The position numbers were made by a program, and so were the translations under genes. From assembly GCA_010015585.1 (NCBI GenBank), contig ML975149.1: a DNA stretch of 64,000 nucleotides; one strand, 5' to 3'. A model generated the notes under the pieces. It had not been told where the DNA came from. It was given only the letters and a program-made list of their open reading frames with translations, and searched no databases. The first letter of the stretch is position 1. Each line of letters starts with the position of its first letter. Of the stretch, positions 39,881 to 52,369 are shown piece by piece. The DNA is from Eremomyces bilateralis CBS 781.70. Taxonomy: Eukaryota.

Positions 39881-40499
39881 CTTTGCGTCGATGAAGTTCC
39901 GAATTAGCTAGACAGGACTCTTAGGTGAGCTCTCTATAACTGTTAATCGCCTATCAAGAGCCTTTCAGGCTTGCGGGTTCAAATAGAAAGGATTATATGC
40001 ACGATGTCTAGCACCTGTCGCAAACGGTCGGAGAGGTAATGAGACAGACACCAATCATGCCGTCATACAGTGACACCGTCTGTTCCAATTCCAGCACGTG
40101 TCACAGCTAATGGATTGTGCAAAGTGAAATAACAGCGATCAGGGAAGTAGTGAATAAATGATTGCTAGTGAAAGTTATCAATAATATGTGATATGTGATA
40201 CGTGATATGTCAGTTAGACTTGAGGGACGGGGGAGCTTCACTTCACTCTGTAGGAGGAAATGCTTCTTAAGTTCTGATTGGTCGCTTCGATTCTCCTTCT
40301 TCCTCTCTGGACTTAGACCCGAACATCCCGCTGTTTCTCGCGTTTCATTATCAATTGAAAGACTACAAAAACCGAGACTCGACCTTTGGCAACTTCTGCA
40401 GGCCTGTTTTATCTCTTGACATAATTCTGGATGCATCCGACTCTCCATCCTCTCTTTTACCGGTGGCATTGGCCCTCGTCGGCCTAGAAGCAGGGAACC

Positions 40500-42363
40500 A
40501 TGGACGAAACACATCCCATTCAACCGCCATCTACCTACCAGACTCTAAATGGAGCGCATTCCTCGCCGAATCGAGATCCCTCATCCGATGGGAAAAGATG
40601 TACCCCAAATGGCGTCCATATCCCAGCCTCCGGCAGCCTCAGCACCCCTACCCGAAGCGACAACCAAAGTCCCAGCCGGCAACTACTCTCCGATTCCCGG
40701 CGTTATAGCTCGAGAAAGATGACCCGCGAGTCCCTCGAGAGTCCCTCCCAACAACTGCTCATCGAGGTCAGCCGCATGTACCAGGATGAGGCGCACCAGT
40801 TCCAAATGAAGCTCGAACAGAAAGACGCTGAGCAACGCAAGGCGCATCGAGCGGCGCTAGAGCAAGCGGCGCGGGAACATGAGAAGGTGCGCCAGGGTGC
40901 GGAGCGCGCCCGGCAGCTCTTCCTCATGGAGGCGGAGGCGGCGCAGAAGCGGAGGGAAGAGGCGGAGATCCAGGCGCTGGAGACGGCGCGGAGAAGGAAG
41001 GAGGAGCAGGAGGAGCGGCTGCGGCGGCAGAAGGAGATGCTGGAGATGCAGCGGAGGGAGGACGAACGGCAGAAGATGGAAACGAGGGAACGGGAGATCC
41101 AAGAGGCGGCCGAAGAACGGCTACGGGTCGAATCGGAGGCAAAAGCGAAGGTCGAACGAGAAGCGCAGGAGAAGGCGATCCGTGAAAAGGCAGAGGCGGA
41201 GCTCAAGGCAAAAGCACAAACGGCGGCCGCGAAACCAACGACCGCCGCTGTACCAGCAAGACTGCCAGTGACACCCTCGACGTTACTGTCGCAGTCCAAC
41301 GCCAGTCCGTCCGGGCTACCGATCGTATCCGCCGTCGCGGAACGAGAAGCAACCCACAACGTCTACCTCGAAATCCACAAGAACCTGAAAGATCTGCGGA
41401 AGTTCGTCGTCACGGAATCCAAGAAGGACCCCAAGCTCAAGATCGAACTGGGAGAGATGCGACGGGAAATTACGAAGACGGTGGGAACCATCACGACGGA
41501 GAATTCGAAAAACATCCAACGGGTATGCCTCCATTATCTCTGTCCCTTTCTCAACAACACCATTTAACAACCACCAGGCCAACCACATCCTCACCATCCT
41601 CCGCAATTCCATGGTCTACCCCTCTCCCCCCGTCCCCGCCGCCAAATATCTCCCCCCATCCCACCTCCCCACCTCCCCCTCGCATCCCCCCCTCCTCCCC
41701 TCCCTCCTCCTCTACTACACCTCCATCCTCTCCAAAACTCTCCTCCGCCAATTCAGCACCGAAGCCAGCATCGCCCCCTCCGCCGCCGACCCCATCGCTT
41801 TCCTCGCCGCCACCATCTTCTCCGACCCTTCCATCCAACCCTTCGGAACCTCCCTTCTCCCCATCCTCCTCGCCAAACTCCACCGCCACGCCCCCGTCCT
41901 CTTCGGCATCTACGGCCCCGAAAACACCCGCGCCGGCCGCGCCCGCCTCGGATGGCCCCGCGATGGCCCCGACGGTTATGTCTCCCCGCAGGACTACGCG
42001 GAGTCCCTCGCCGGCCTCGCCGCCGGCTACGCGGCCCTCTCCCTGCGCGACTTCTCCCGCTCCAAAAAACAGAACCCCTTACCCAACCGCGAGTTCTGGA
42101 CGTGCTTGGCCCGACTCGTCAACACGCCGCCGGAAGAGGCGGGGGAGAGCCACTTCGTCGCGGTGAAGGGGCTGATCAGCTCGGAGAAGTTCGCGGAGCG
42201 CGTGGTGAGGTTCTGGGGGGAGGCGGGGCGGGCGTTGTTGAGGAGGGCGGTGAGGGAGTGGCCGGAGGAGTGTCGGGCGCGAGGGGCGAAGCGGGGGTCG
42301 GGGTGGGCGGCGTTGTTGGTGGTGCCGGAGGTGTGGGAGAAGGAGTTGAAGTTGGTGGTGTAG
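40500..42363 (+). CDS. GLE1: mRNA export factor/nucleoporin Gle1
   Basis: Charged coiled coil followed by a GLE1-like domain (LLAKLHRHAPVLFGIYG, GYAALSLRDFS, WTCLARLVN, RFWG). Intron 41523-41577. Confidence 0.88.
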
Positions 42364-43454
42364 AGGTAGAAGGCACCAAGCTCGCGGCTCGAGACGCGAC
42401 GGATCTTTGATTATGGGAGGGTGGGAAATGTTGGTGAGCAGCGGCTAAGACTCGGCCGTGAACGCGAGATAGAAGGAGGAGGTTGGAGGGACAGAATGAT
42501 GTTTGAATGATACCCCCATCGCAATTGGGACAGAAACGGGCGCCGTATTTGGCATTCGGAGGCGTTTCATAGGCATTTTGACTGGACGTAGGCCAAGTCC
42601 AGCATAGAACGAATGGACTACTTCGCGACTTACATAAACGACACGTATCCAAAAGCGAAGTAACTAAACCTATTCGTTCACGTCGGCCAGACATTCGACT
42701 ACAGAAATCCAGGTCAAACCAACGACCAGATTCGATCACAATCGAAACTATTTAATAAGCAACAGAACGTCTAGATCTATCTCCATTAATTATGATTACC
42801 ACTAGACTACCCACATTGCCCGCACTATCACTGCTCCTTAATCCGAACGGCAGTCATCCTTAATGGTATTCTCCGCGTCCTGCGACCCCCCACGCCGTCA
42901 ACGTCCGTCACACCCGCCGTCGTTGGATCCAACGATCTCCTAGATCCAACGAACCATGGAACCAACGGAATCGGTTCGTGGACATCGAAAACGAAAGAAG
43001 CGAGCCGCTAATGCGTGATGTGGACGTAGACAGGATCGCAAAGGAAAGTTCGCCAGCCTCCGGTGCCCCGAAAGCGAACACGACGAATCGAAAACGAGAG
43101 AAAAAGTCCGCCCGCAATGCAAGATCGACATCGTCGACATGAATGAGTAGTTATGGTGTGGGAGGTGTCATGAAGAAGGGTAGTGCAATGCCAAGTCGCG
43201 ACATCGCGGTGCGTGCATGTGTGCTGAGCGCTTGCGGAGATAGAAAGAGGATGCGCAGAATGGGTATACGTGAAGTAAAGGGCGGTTCGGGAACCGAAGG
43301 CAAAACAGCGAAGTTGAAGAGAAGACGTTGGATGGGGTCGTCGCTGGGTCCGGGGTGGTCGGTTGATGTGAAGAGAGGTGAAATTTGGAGGGTCGAAGAG
43401 AAGGGGTCATGTCGGCATCAGAGGGGAAAGGCAATCGGCGCACGGTAGGTGGAA

Positions 43455-45397
43455 TCAAGGACTCGCCGGCGGGTGGCCGCCAGGGGGGCCTCCCATGCCC
43501 GGGTCGGCGGTGTCGCTTTCGATGGTCTTTCGCCAGTGTTGTGGAAGGCAGACGCAGACAAGCTGTTCATGAAACATTAGCACCGATCGCGAACATCCAA
43601 GCATCGAGGGAAACATACCGGAAACGCCTTGATCTCCCCCTCTGTCGGTCCCACATCATCATCACCCACCCGCGCCCCTTGGACCGGCAACCCACTCCCA
43701 TTACTCACCCCACTATCCCGATTCTCCCTCCTCCGCTCCTCCCACTCCTCGGCCCGCTCCCGCACCTGGACTCCCGTCGCCCACCCGTCGTCCCAAATTC
43801 CCACCACCTTCAACATATCCCCCCGCTCCAGCTCGAACTCGTCGTTTGCCCGCGGAGCGTACGCCCACAGCGTCGCCACGGCGTCGCCCGGCTTGATCTC
43901 CTCCTGCGAGTAGTAGTCCTTGAAGCTCTGTAGCTGCTCCGATTGCCCGGATCCCAGCCCTTCAGGGGAGCTGTAGTCGCCGTTCCCGTTCGTGCCTCCG
44001 GGCGTCTGCCCGCGTGGCCCGATGCGGGAGTCGGGGCTCTCGTGGTCGTGCGAGGACAGCGACCCCGTGCGCTTTGGGGGGATGCCAGCGCCGTAGTGGC
44101 GGTGCGAATCGGGGCTGTCGTATGCGTCGGAGGAGGGGCGATTGTAGGCGGCGACGTGGCCATGGTTGGAAGAGGAGGAGGACGATTCGAGCGCGGCCAG
44201 GCGAGCGACGCGGGCGCCGGGAAGGATGTTGGGTGCTTCAGCGCCCACGCCGCTGCTTCCGGTGAAGGACATGGCGGGTGCGGGTGGTCCATGGCGGGAT
44301 GGAGTAGGTTGATTGAGGGAGCTGTTGGAGTGGGAGGTAGCGGCGCGACGGCGGCGGAGGATGAGGATGCCGGCGATGAGCAGGAGGATAATTACCGCAC
44401 CGGCGATGGAAGCGACGACGATGCCGGCGATGGCTCCACCTGACAGTCCATCCGAGTCGGATGCAACAGGTGCGGTTCCGTTGGTAGGTTGAGATCCTGG
44501 GGCAGTGGAGGAGGGGAATAGAGGGGCCACGGAGGTGGTGAAGGGAAGTCGGACATTCACGCAGCGGGATTCGGCCTGTGCATTAATGCAACAGGAATCG
44601 GTGGAGTTGACTGTGCTCGTCGCGCAGTAAGCGCAGAGGCCGCCAAGGTTGTCCTGATAACCACAATTGTTGGGCTCGTTCTCCCACCCCGAGACACAGA
44701 GCTTGTTGTCAAGTGCGCCGCCAGGAAGGGCACAATTGGTGAAATCGGCGCGGATTTGGCTCAAGGCACCGGTTCCCGGCGTCCCGCAGAGTTCAGGACT
44801 TGCGGTGATCTGTTGCTCGCTAATCGCTTGTTCGGCCTGTGCATAGCTGGTTAGCTCTGTTCAAAGGTCAATGGGATAATACATACACAAGCATCTGCGC
44901 ACAACGGCGCCGATTGATCCGCCGAGAGGCTGCATGTTCCTATTGAATTCTGCACAATGGCATTACAAATTACACTTGTCGTGTATCGTGCATAGAGGGC
45001 GGTGGTGTTAGAAAGATTGACAGACGAACAGCCAATGAGCTGCTGGTATCTGTCGTACAATCAGCCTTACATCCCTGATCTTTCGTGAAGCTTCTTACTT
45101 GTGTCGTGGGTATGAAGTTGCGATGTACTGCCGTAATTGTTCGTCAAAAGTTTGTCGGTCTGAAACGAATGCAAGGAAAGGACTGGCGAAGAGGTAAGTT
45201 AGTCGATCAACCACTTCTTCTTCCGAATGAAATGCTTACAATATCCCAGCAACCTCGCCGGTCGTGGATATCGACGACGCGTTGAATGCTGAACACTCGC
45301 TGGAGCCGGCTAGAGAGATGCAATTCTGAGCCGTGGCAACTGGAAGACTACTCGCCGCGAAAAGTGCGAGGGCAAGAGCTGAGAATTTCGAAGGCAT
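43455..45397 (-). CDS. Single-pass receptor-like protein: signal peptide, Cys-rich ectodomain, TM, cytosolic SH3
   Basis: MPSKFSALALALFAASS signal, about 16 Cys in the ectodomain, TM GLSGGAIAGIVVASIAGAVIILLLIAGILILRRRR, SH3 LWAYAPRANDEFELERGD...WDDGWATG...AFP|LVCV. Four introns. Confidence 0.88.
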
Positions 45398-47303
45398 TGA
45401 ACCCCGTTGCCGGGAGCTCCTCGACGAGAACGTATTCTTGGTCATGTCGTTTGGTACGGACGGCTGGGAGATCGAGATGGTTCGCAGAAGACCCTGAATG
45501 TTGTCTCCATCCACGAGAGAACCTTGTTCGACCGTACCAGAGAGGAAACGATTGAATTGATCGGTTGCGCGGTGGAATGGTTGGTCGGGAGGATGATAAA
45601 GTGTCGGAAATTGGAACGATGTCTCAAGAGGAACGATGGCCTCCTAGACAGTTCACGCGGGTCCGTAGAAACGAGTGATTCGGACCCAGATGGTTCCAAT
45701 AGCTCCCCAAACGCGGAGTTGTCGACGAGACGGGTGTCAAGTTGTCAACCGAGCATCGGCGGATGACGGTCTGCGAATCGTCGGTCCGGGAGAGAAACGA
45801 AGTGAATCAGAATGCAAAGAAACGTGAAAGTCAAAAGAGTGACTGAGTGAGTAAGGCAACGGCGCTCTCCACAACGATGGAGGCGCTGGAGAGAAGGATG
45901 GAGAAAGTGAGGTGAGAGTGAGAGCTGAGGAGCATGAGTGGGAGGAAGGGCACTTCGCTGACTCTGCTGGGATTGGGATGGTTACAGTGGACGATACTGG
46001 CGCCAGTTCGAATTGGGGGCGCGAGGAGAGATCACTGATCAGAGAAGAACGATGGGGGGATGGCAGAGCGCAGGGGGTGGTCAGTGTGGTGAAGCTTCAC
46101 TGTGGTCGTGGTAACAAAGGAAGTGAGGAAGAACGATGCGATGCGACCAACCGTCCTTCTCACGGCAATCGCAGGCTTCCGAAACCACAGGAGCTGGCTG
46201 CAAATGTTTCTTTACATCCTCCGACTTTCCATCTACAAAGACTGCAACACAATTGATGAATTGAGGGCATTCAGAGAGTTGGAGATGGGCAGGGAGTTCG
46301 ATTCTCCAATGGTTCATTTTACGGGAAGCCTTAATTTCACTGTGGCAGCCCCTGGTCACTTTGGATGACGGTGATTGGCCCCACTACGCCACGCTTGTTG
46401 CCGGGCCGCCGCTGTCAAATTGTGGCTTCTCGCTTGACTTCAGGAGCTTGAAGCGTCCACGCGTTGGTGCTTCATGTTCCCAATCATGGTATGTATCCGT
46501 ATGTAGTTGAGGATTGAATCGGACCTTTGTTTTCATCAATGGCGACGGAAGCAAAAGGACGCGCTGATACGGCTCCTTTCTTCCATCGCGACGTTGGAAA
46601 TTAGCTGCTGCTACCCGCCGCCCTAGGTACGGAGATAATGTAGAGCTATCAAGAGTGCGTAATGGGTTGCAGTAGAGCTGCATTTCGACAAGGTGGAACT
46701 GACAGGAACACAAGATTTGGAAGCATGCGACTGGGATCCTCCCATTCCAGCATGGAGGTCCGGGGTCCCCAGTCTATTTGAATCCACCGTCCCAGGGGGG
46801 AACATAGATCCGTTCGCGGTAGCGGTGCCGGTCCGCGAACAGACCAACATCTGCGCCGACCACGGACCTGTCAGGACCACGCTCAATCTATTATTCTCCG
46901 AGTTCTCCATGCTTGCATATCCAATATATAATTGCGCTTTCTACGGAGTACGGAGTCAAGAAATACCACTTATCTACAGTACTGTGTTTTGCGTGCTCAG
47001 ACGGTGCGACTGGTTAGAGTCTATAGAGGGAAACAACGTGGGAAATGGGAACGCCGGGTGTGCATCGCCAACCAACTCCATAACAACCCTCAAGCAATCC
47101 AAGAACCATCCGGAGTGGAAGAAATCGATTGCCCTTCGCCCTCGACGTGCACCTCCAGCCTACTAAAACGGAGAATCGTATCGGCTCATTAAAGTAAAAG
47201 GAAACTGAAAGAGGAACTCTATGTCTTTAAGAAAGGTAATAGGAGGCGAAAGCAGGCAACGATTAAGAGTTTTCGACGCCCTGGGGGGTATGCTTCCAGG
47301 CCA

Positions 47304-49472
47304 TCAACTTCTTCCTCCCCATGAACGTCGTTTTTCGAAAAGAACCTGATGGAGCCATGGATTGAACGCGCAGAAATACGTCAGTACGCTCGAACCGATC
47401 AAGACGCCGAGATACAAGAGCCAGGACGCGCTGTTCGGAACCATGTTCATACTGAACGCTGCAGTGATGAGGTGAAGAGGTAAGAATAGCTGTTGCACGG
47501 CTTAGTATGCGTCTCGGTATGAATACTCTCGATTGCCATTTCTCGTCCTCAGGCTTGGTATCAGTATGCGTTGCGCGTCCCTAGTTAAACAGGGCTTCTA
47601 GTTCGGATTTCGGTGGGATGCGCAACGCACGCCGACACCAGGCCTGTGGACGAGAAATGGCAATCGAGAGTACCTGACGGTTGGGTGGCGACGTACGATG
47701 TTGAGTTGCGCAAGGAGCCGAATGTTCGCTTCTTGCCGCATGGCGATTTGCCCGTTTTGGTTCGCGATCTGGTTTTGATGCAGCACAGAGCCACTGAGCA
47801 TCTGTACGGTCTGTCAGGAAGATGTTCTTGTCCAAGTCGTGGTTTGAATGCAGACCCATTGGAGGAGCTCGTGGAACTCGTGATACCGATGCTCCAGCCG
47901 ATCTCGCAAGAACGAGAGCTCGGAAACGCTGCTTTTCAAGTCCGCGATGTATTCTTCCCACCGCTTCGTCCCGGGATTATTGCTATTTCCTTCGAAGTAC
48001 CCAAGACTGTTGGCGGCAAACCGGTCCCAGGCCGAAATGATGTCGATGGTGCTCTTCCTAAAACATGTTACGGTCGCTACCACCGTTCGCAGCTCGGATA
48101 TGTCGCTTCGCTCCCGATCGTGGAATGGGGAAAAGTGTTTTCGAGTCTTGGCTGGTCAGCTGTGGAGTTCGTCTGCCCGGATTTCTGCACGGTCATACAT
48201 ATTCTTCCATCCGATCGTCGAATTCATTAATCAGATCTCTCTGTTCTTCCGTCACCTGCCTTAGGCGTCGCGAGAACGGCAATATATAATTTTCCCTCGG
48301 GTTCCATACCGGGAAATCGAGCGGCCGAATGGCGGTCAGTGGGTCTGTTCGCCGGTCTAGATATGTAGGACAGAGTTCTTCGCTGCCGAAGTACGTGTCC
48401 ACGAAGCAATATGTGGTGTAAAAGAAGTCATCCACGCCTGTCGTCAGGCCAGATACCTCGGCTTCGTAATATCGAACCCCTTTCTCGCCCGGCTTCCGTG
48501 GTAGTGGGAGCTCGTATGAGCGCCGTAAACGGGTAGCTTTATACTTCCGCCGATCGGACTTTTCCGAGCCTTTGCGGAGCGCGTAATATGGCAGGTGGAA
48601 GGCCATCGCGTATGTCGCTTTCTGGATCAAGAACCGTAAGTTCATGGTAGCCCCATTTGCCCTTGGAGAGGTATGGTTGCCAGAGGCGACATGGACGATC
48701 AACGGGGTTCGCTTACAGTGGTAGTAACGTAGATCTGGGCATCGCGCCGCAGGTACACGTCCATGAAATCCCTCAAGTTGCGAGATGTTCGCTCGGGGAC
48801 GGTGCCTGCGAGCGCCAGAAGGGAGCTTGCGGACGGGTTCGCGACGAATCTAAATCCCACGTCAGAAAGCTGGCCAGGTATACCTTCGTCAGCTCATTAC
48901 ATAGTTCTCCTTATCGCGCCGATGGTATGTCTCTGATCACACTAATTAGTGATCGAAGCCTTGATGCGGGATACGCTCGAACTAAATTCCATCAACAGCG
49001 TGCGTCGAGTGCGCGGCCCCATACTTCAACTGATCCAGATGGCGCTTCTGTACCAATGAGTAGCACAGAAAGAACTTGCCTCCTCGCTATAAGTCCTGGC
49101 GTAGAATTCAGAGGGGGTAAACGACCGAGAAACGATCTCCTCTCCAGTCATTTTCTCCCCACCGTCCCATCTCCCGGACGTAAAGCATTGCTTCTTGTCG
49201 TTCCGATCGTCCAACAAGATCACCTCCCCCGGATGCGCGGGCCCGTCCAGCGTCAGTCCATTCCGCACGGCGTCCTTCAGGTAGTGCTGCAGCTTGGAAT
49301 ATCGAAAATAGTTGGGAGGACGCAGCGGATCGCCCGAGTCCAACTCAATGAACGCGTCGACCAGTGACTCCAGGCGTCCGGTCCGGAAGGGCAGTCGCCT
49401 TTTCTCCACCGGGTATTTTTCAGGTGCGCGTCTTGAATATTTGTTGTCCCACTGCTCGGATAAAGGAGTCAT
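47304..49472 (-). CDS. Fungal CorA-like protein (C-terminal 2 TM; FSMN in place of GMN)
   Basis: Multi-exon model: ...FHLPYYALR...WNPRENY...NIRLLAQLNI|LFLPLHLITAAFSMN + second TM. The first intron has a GCAAGT donor. Not every junction was verified. Confidence 0.72.
47526..47670. mobile_element. 145-bp TA-flanked MITE inside the last intron of the CorA-like gene
   Basis: 56-bp arms at 47526-81 and 47615-70. The outer 23 bp are perfect, with 7 mismatches in total. TA at 47524-25 and 47671-72. Confidence 0.9.
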
Positions 49473-49950
49473 AATGGAAATGCATCACACGAACGAGGAT
49501 GAACAGGTTTTCTCGCCGGTAATAGACTATTGCAACATGACTTGACAATATTTACTGGTCGCAAGACAGAGAAGAGAAATGAAGAAGATTGAAGTCCTTC
49601 CTTACCCCCCACAAACCACAAGGCTCTCCCAGCCTGGTGCTGTTGCATACGAGGATGCACGCCTCCAGTACAAGATGTGGAAGGACTCCTCACTGTACAA
49701 GTATACGTAGGGACATATGTACCCCGCTTCAGAGTTCCATATTGGTACGTACCTAATTACTACCTATCCTCTTAGGCGATCAAGGCTGGGGTTTGGGATT
49801 TGGACAAGCCTCGCTCATCCAGGCTGGAGACCAACGAATTTGAGCAGTGACAAACCTTTCGTCGGCAAATCGACTCCCTTGCCTCATATTTAACTAGTAA
49901 TCTTAGCAAATAGCTAACTTAGTTAACTAACTTATGCCTTTTTAGTTATA

Positions 49951-50139
49951 CCGAACTTGTCAGAACAAAAAACACCGGTTTTCGCCGGGTTCTAGCGCTA
50001 TTGGTAAAACGCCCTATAGCTGAGGAAAAGCGATCTAGAATTTGGATATAGAATTTGAATACGGAGAGAGGATTATATAACTAGAGATTTGGCTGCCTAT
50101 TTGTTAGATAACCGGGGTGGGAGTCTGAGCCACCCGAAA
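49951..50139. mobile_element. Possible degenerate Tc1-like mini-element
   Basis: AT-rich and TA-bounded. Ends CCGAACTTGTCAGA and (reverse complement) CGGGTGGCTCAGAC resemble the ends of the relic at 61275-61964. Weak match. Confidence 0.25.
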
Positions 50140-50396
50140 TACTGGAATTTAGGCAAGCTCAAATATTGAAGTTTTAACAGAACTTATTAAACTGATTACT
50201 TGGCAAACGGACGAAAACAGCGCGAGGGCCTCGTCTCATATATATCTCCAGCTTCAGCCTGCACTCATCATATGCTTCCCGAAGCACTGCTGCAGCCTGA
50301 TTTCGACGAATGTTGAACCCACCCCTCAAGTTTTCTTTCAGCCATCTTCATTTTCCTGTGTCTGAATATTTGGTGCATATTCCGATCAATGTGGAC

Positions 50397-50732
50397 ATGG
50401 AATTCCAAGACCAGAAAGTCTTCCTCGCTTCACCGGCGGTCATCATGAGTCTTCACCCGCAATCTGAATCGACCTATATTAGTCCAGCTACCCCCCAACC
50501 GCTCGAACCGATACACCCAAAATATACACCGGAGATGACTGCAGTGTGGACATGTGTATGTCTAGACGGCCATAATCGATCACTTCACTAGCTAATGTTA
50601 AAGTGCGCCTGTGGCGATGGACCAAGCATTGTTGCTGTTGCGTGCTTGTTTTGCGGGCATACTAGATGTGGCAGTTGCCCTGTTACCTATGTCTCAAATG
50701 ACATGAACCAGATGGGAGAGAACGTCATCTAG
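50397..50732 (+). CDS. Small spliced Zn-finger-like protein
   Basis: Intron 50556-50603 (GTATGT..GCTAAT..AAG) joins WTC to CACGDGP-x6-CLFCGHTRCGSC. The start could be 50310, 50397, 50445 or 50535. Confidence 0.72.
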
Positions 50733-51106
50733 CGCTTGTGAATCTGGTTGAAATTCGACGAGTTAAAAGCTCCATGTCATCCTTCGATCCGCCTTTGCTA
50801 CTCCTCGCGACCTATACTCTACGCACATCCATTACCGATGTGGAACCGTCTACATATTTTTAAAAGATTGAAGTTCTGGTACATACGGCCACATCAACCT
50901 GAATATAGGGCATCCCGTCCGCTCTGCCGTACTCAAGCAGGTTAGAGATGGAATAGTACTAAAAGTCTAAAACGGTGGGTGACCACGTGGAAACTCTCTC
51001 GCCGTAGTACTATCCTGCTTGCCTGCCATTGGCCCGGCATGTTACCATACATTCTTAGTCAGTGAGGGATATGTCGTTAGTTAAAGGGGGATTAGATTGT
51101 TAGTTT

Positions 51107-51733
51107 ATGTTTTGCGCCCCTGGCAATCCCAAGATAGAGAGGAAAGATCGACCGCCACAAGATCCTTCCAAATTCAACCACAGGATTGCAATAATCACAT
51201 CGATTCTCTGTTATTCTCGAGCCTCGGAAGGAAGCAACAAGTTTCCCCGCGTATTTGGTGCCTTTCTACACCACAATGGCGTCAAACGACGTGTCCTCGA
51301 TCTTCTTCACCAGTTTGGGGTGTGTGAAGGCTACAAGGGAGTCTATCGGCATCTCCAAACTGTGGCAGAACAAGCAAAGGCATCCTCACCCGCTCTCGGA
51401 ATGGACATCGACTAACCGTGCGTAGGGGACGGTCCGTCGATATGGCCAGCTTCTGGACGCCTGTGTTGTCTACGACAATTTCGACTATCGGGAAGCCGGG
51501 AAGGTGTCAAGCACTAGCTCATTTCAAACCATGCAGAAATGCGCTCTGTGACAACGGGGAAAGTTTTCAGAGGCGCCGACATTCCCCCAGGTGGATTGAG
51601 GAAGTCGATGCTGCACCGCGAGGTTCCACTCTCAATAGAGGACCTTTTCTACTCCCCAAGCGCCGCCATATACGACGAGACTGCCTCCAAGATTGACAGC
51701 TACTTCATAGCGGAGGCGATTCGGACGGCATAG
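51107..51733 (+). pseudogene. DUF6589-like (probably transposon-related) fragment
   Basis: FGAFLHHNGVKRRVLDLLHQFGVCEGY...VVYDNFDYRE...MRSVTTG. Frameshifted and truncated. Family from recalled motifs. Confidence 0.55.
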
Positions 51734-52369
51734 GAGATGTGACTACATCGCGTGCCCAATGATACTACGGACGCGTCAATCCCGACATAGGAAAGCTTTA
51801 TATGGTATCTGTAGACACTTCACTGACCTTGGGCAGTATTTCTCTAGGCACTCTCCATGCCCCTTTAGCCTTAAGCGTGGGAACAGTGGTTGGTTGACGA
51901 TTCTGACGCGGTCTGGTTTCTAACATATCAGGGTTTTTCACAAGACACAAGCATCGGGAGTGGAAAAAGATTCAATTTCCAGATAAAGTATACCTTGCTG
52001 CACAGCCCAGTGAATTTGAGGGCAAATACAATAAGTCCTCTTGTTGTTATTGAAGAATATGCAAAAGTGAGGTTTTCCAAAATCGTGAAAAACACATTCA
52101 AATCATCGAACAGTCAGTGAGCGTCATTGACAGGATCCTCAGGCTATTTGCTTGAGGACTCGTCCAATTAACGTGACCAATAAGTCTAGTCCTAGTTGAG
52201 TTAGACTCTTCCTGCAAATAGCCTGAGCTTGCTGAGGTAAAGTTGGGAAACGGGGGCATAAACCTTGAGTTCCTCAAGGCACTCGCTACGGTTCTTCCGT
52301 ATATCGTCGCCAAAAACCTTCCGAACGAGAGCGCCATTTGTAGACGTCTTCGCAGGCTTCCGTCTGCTA

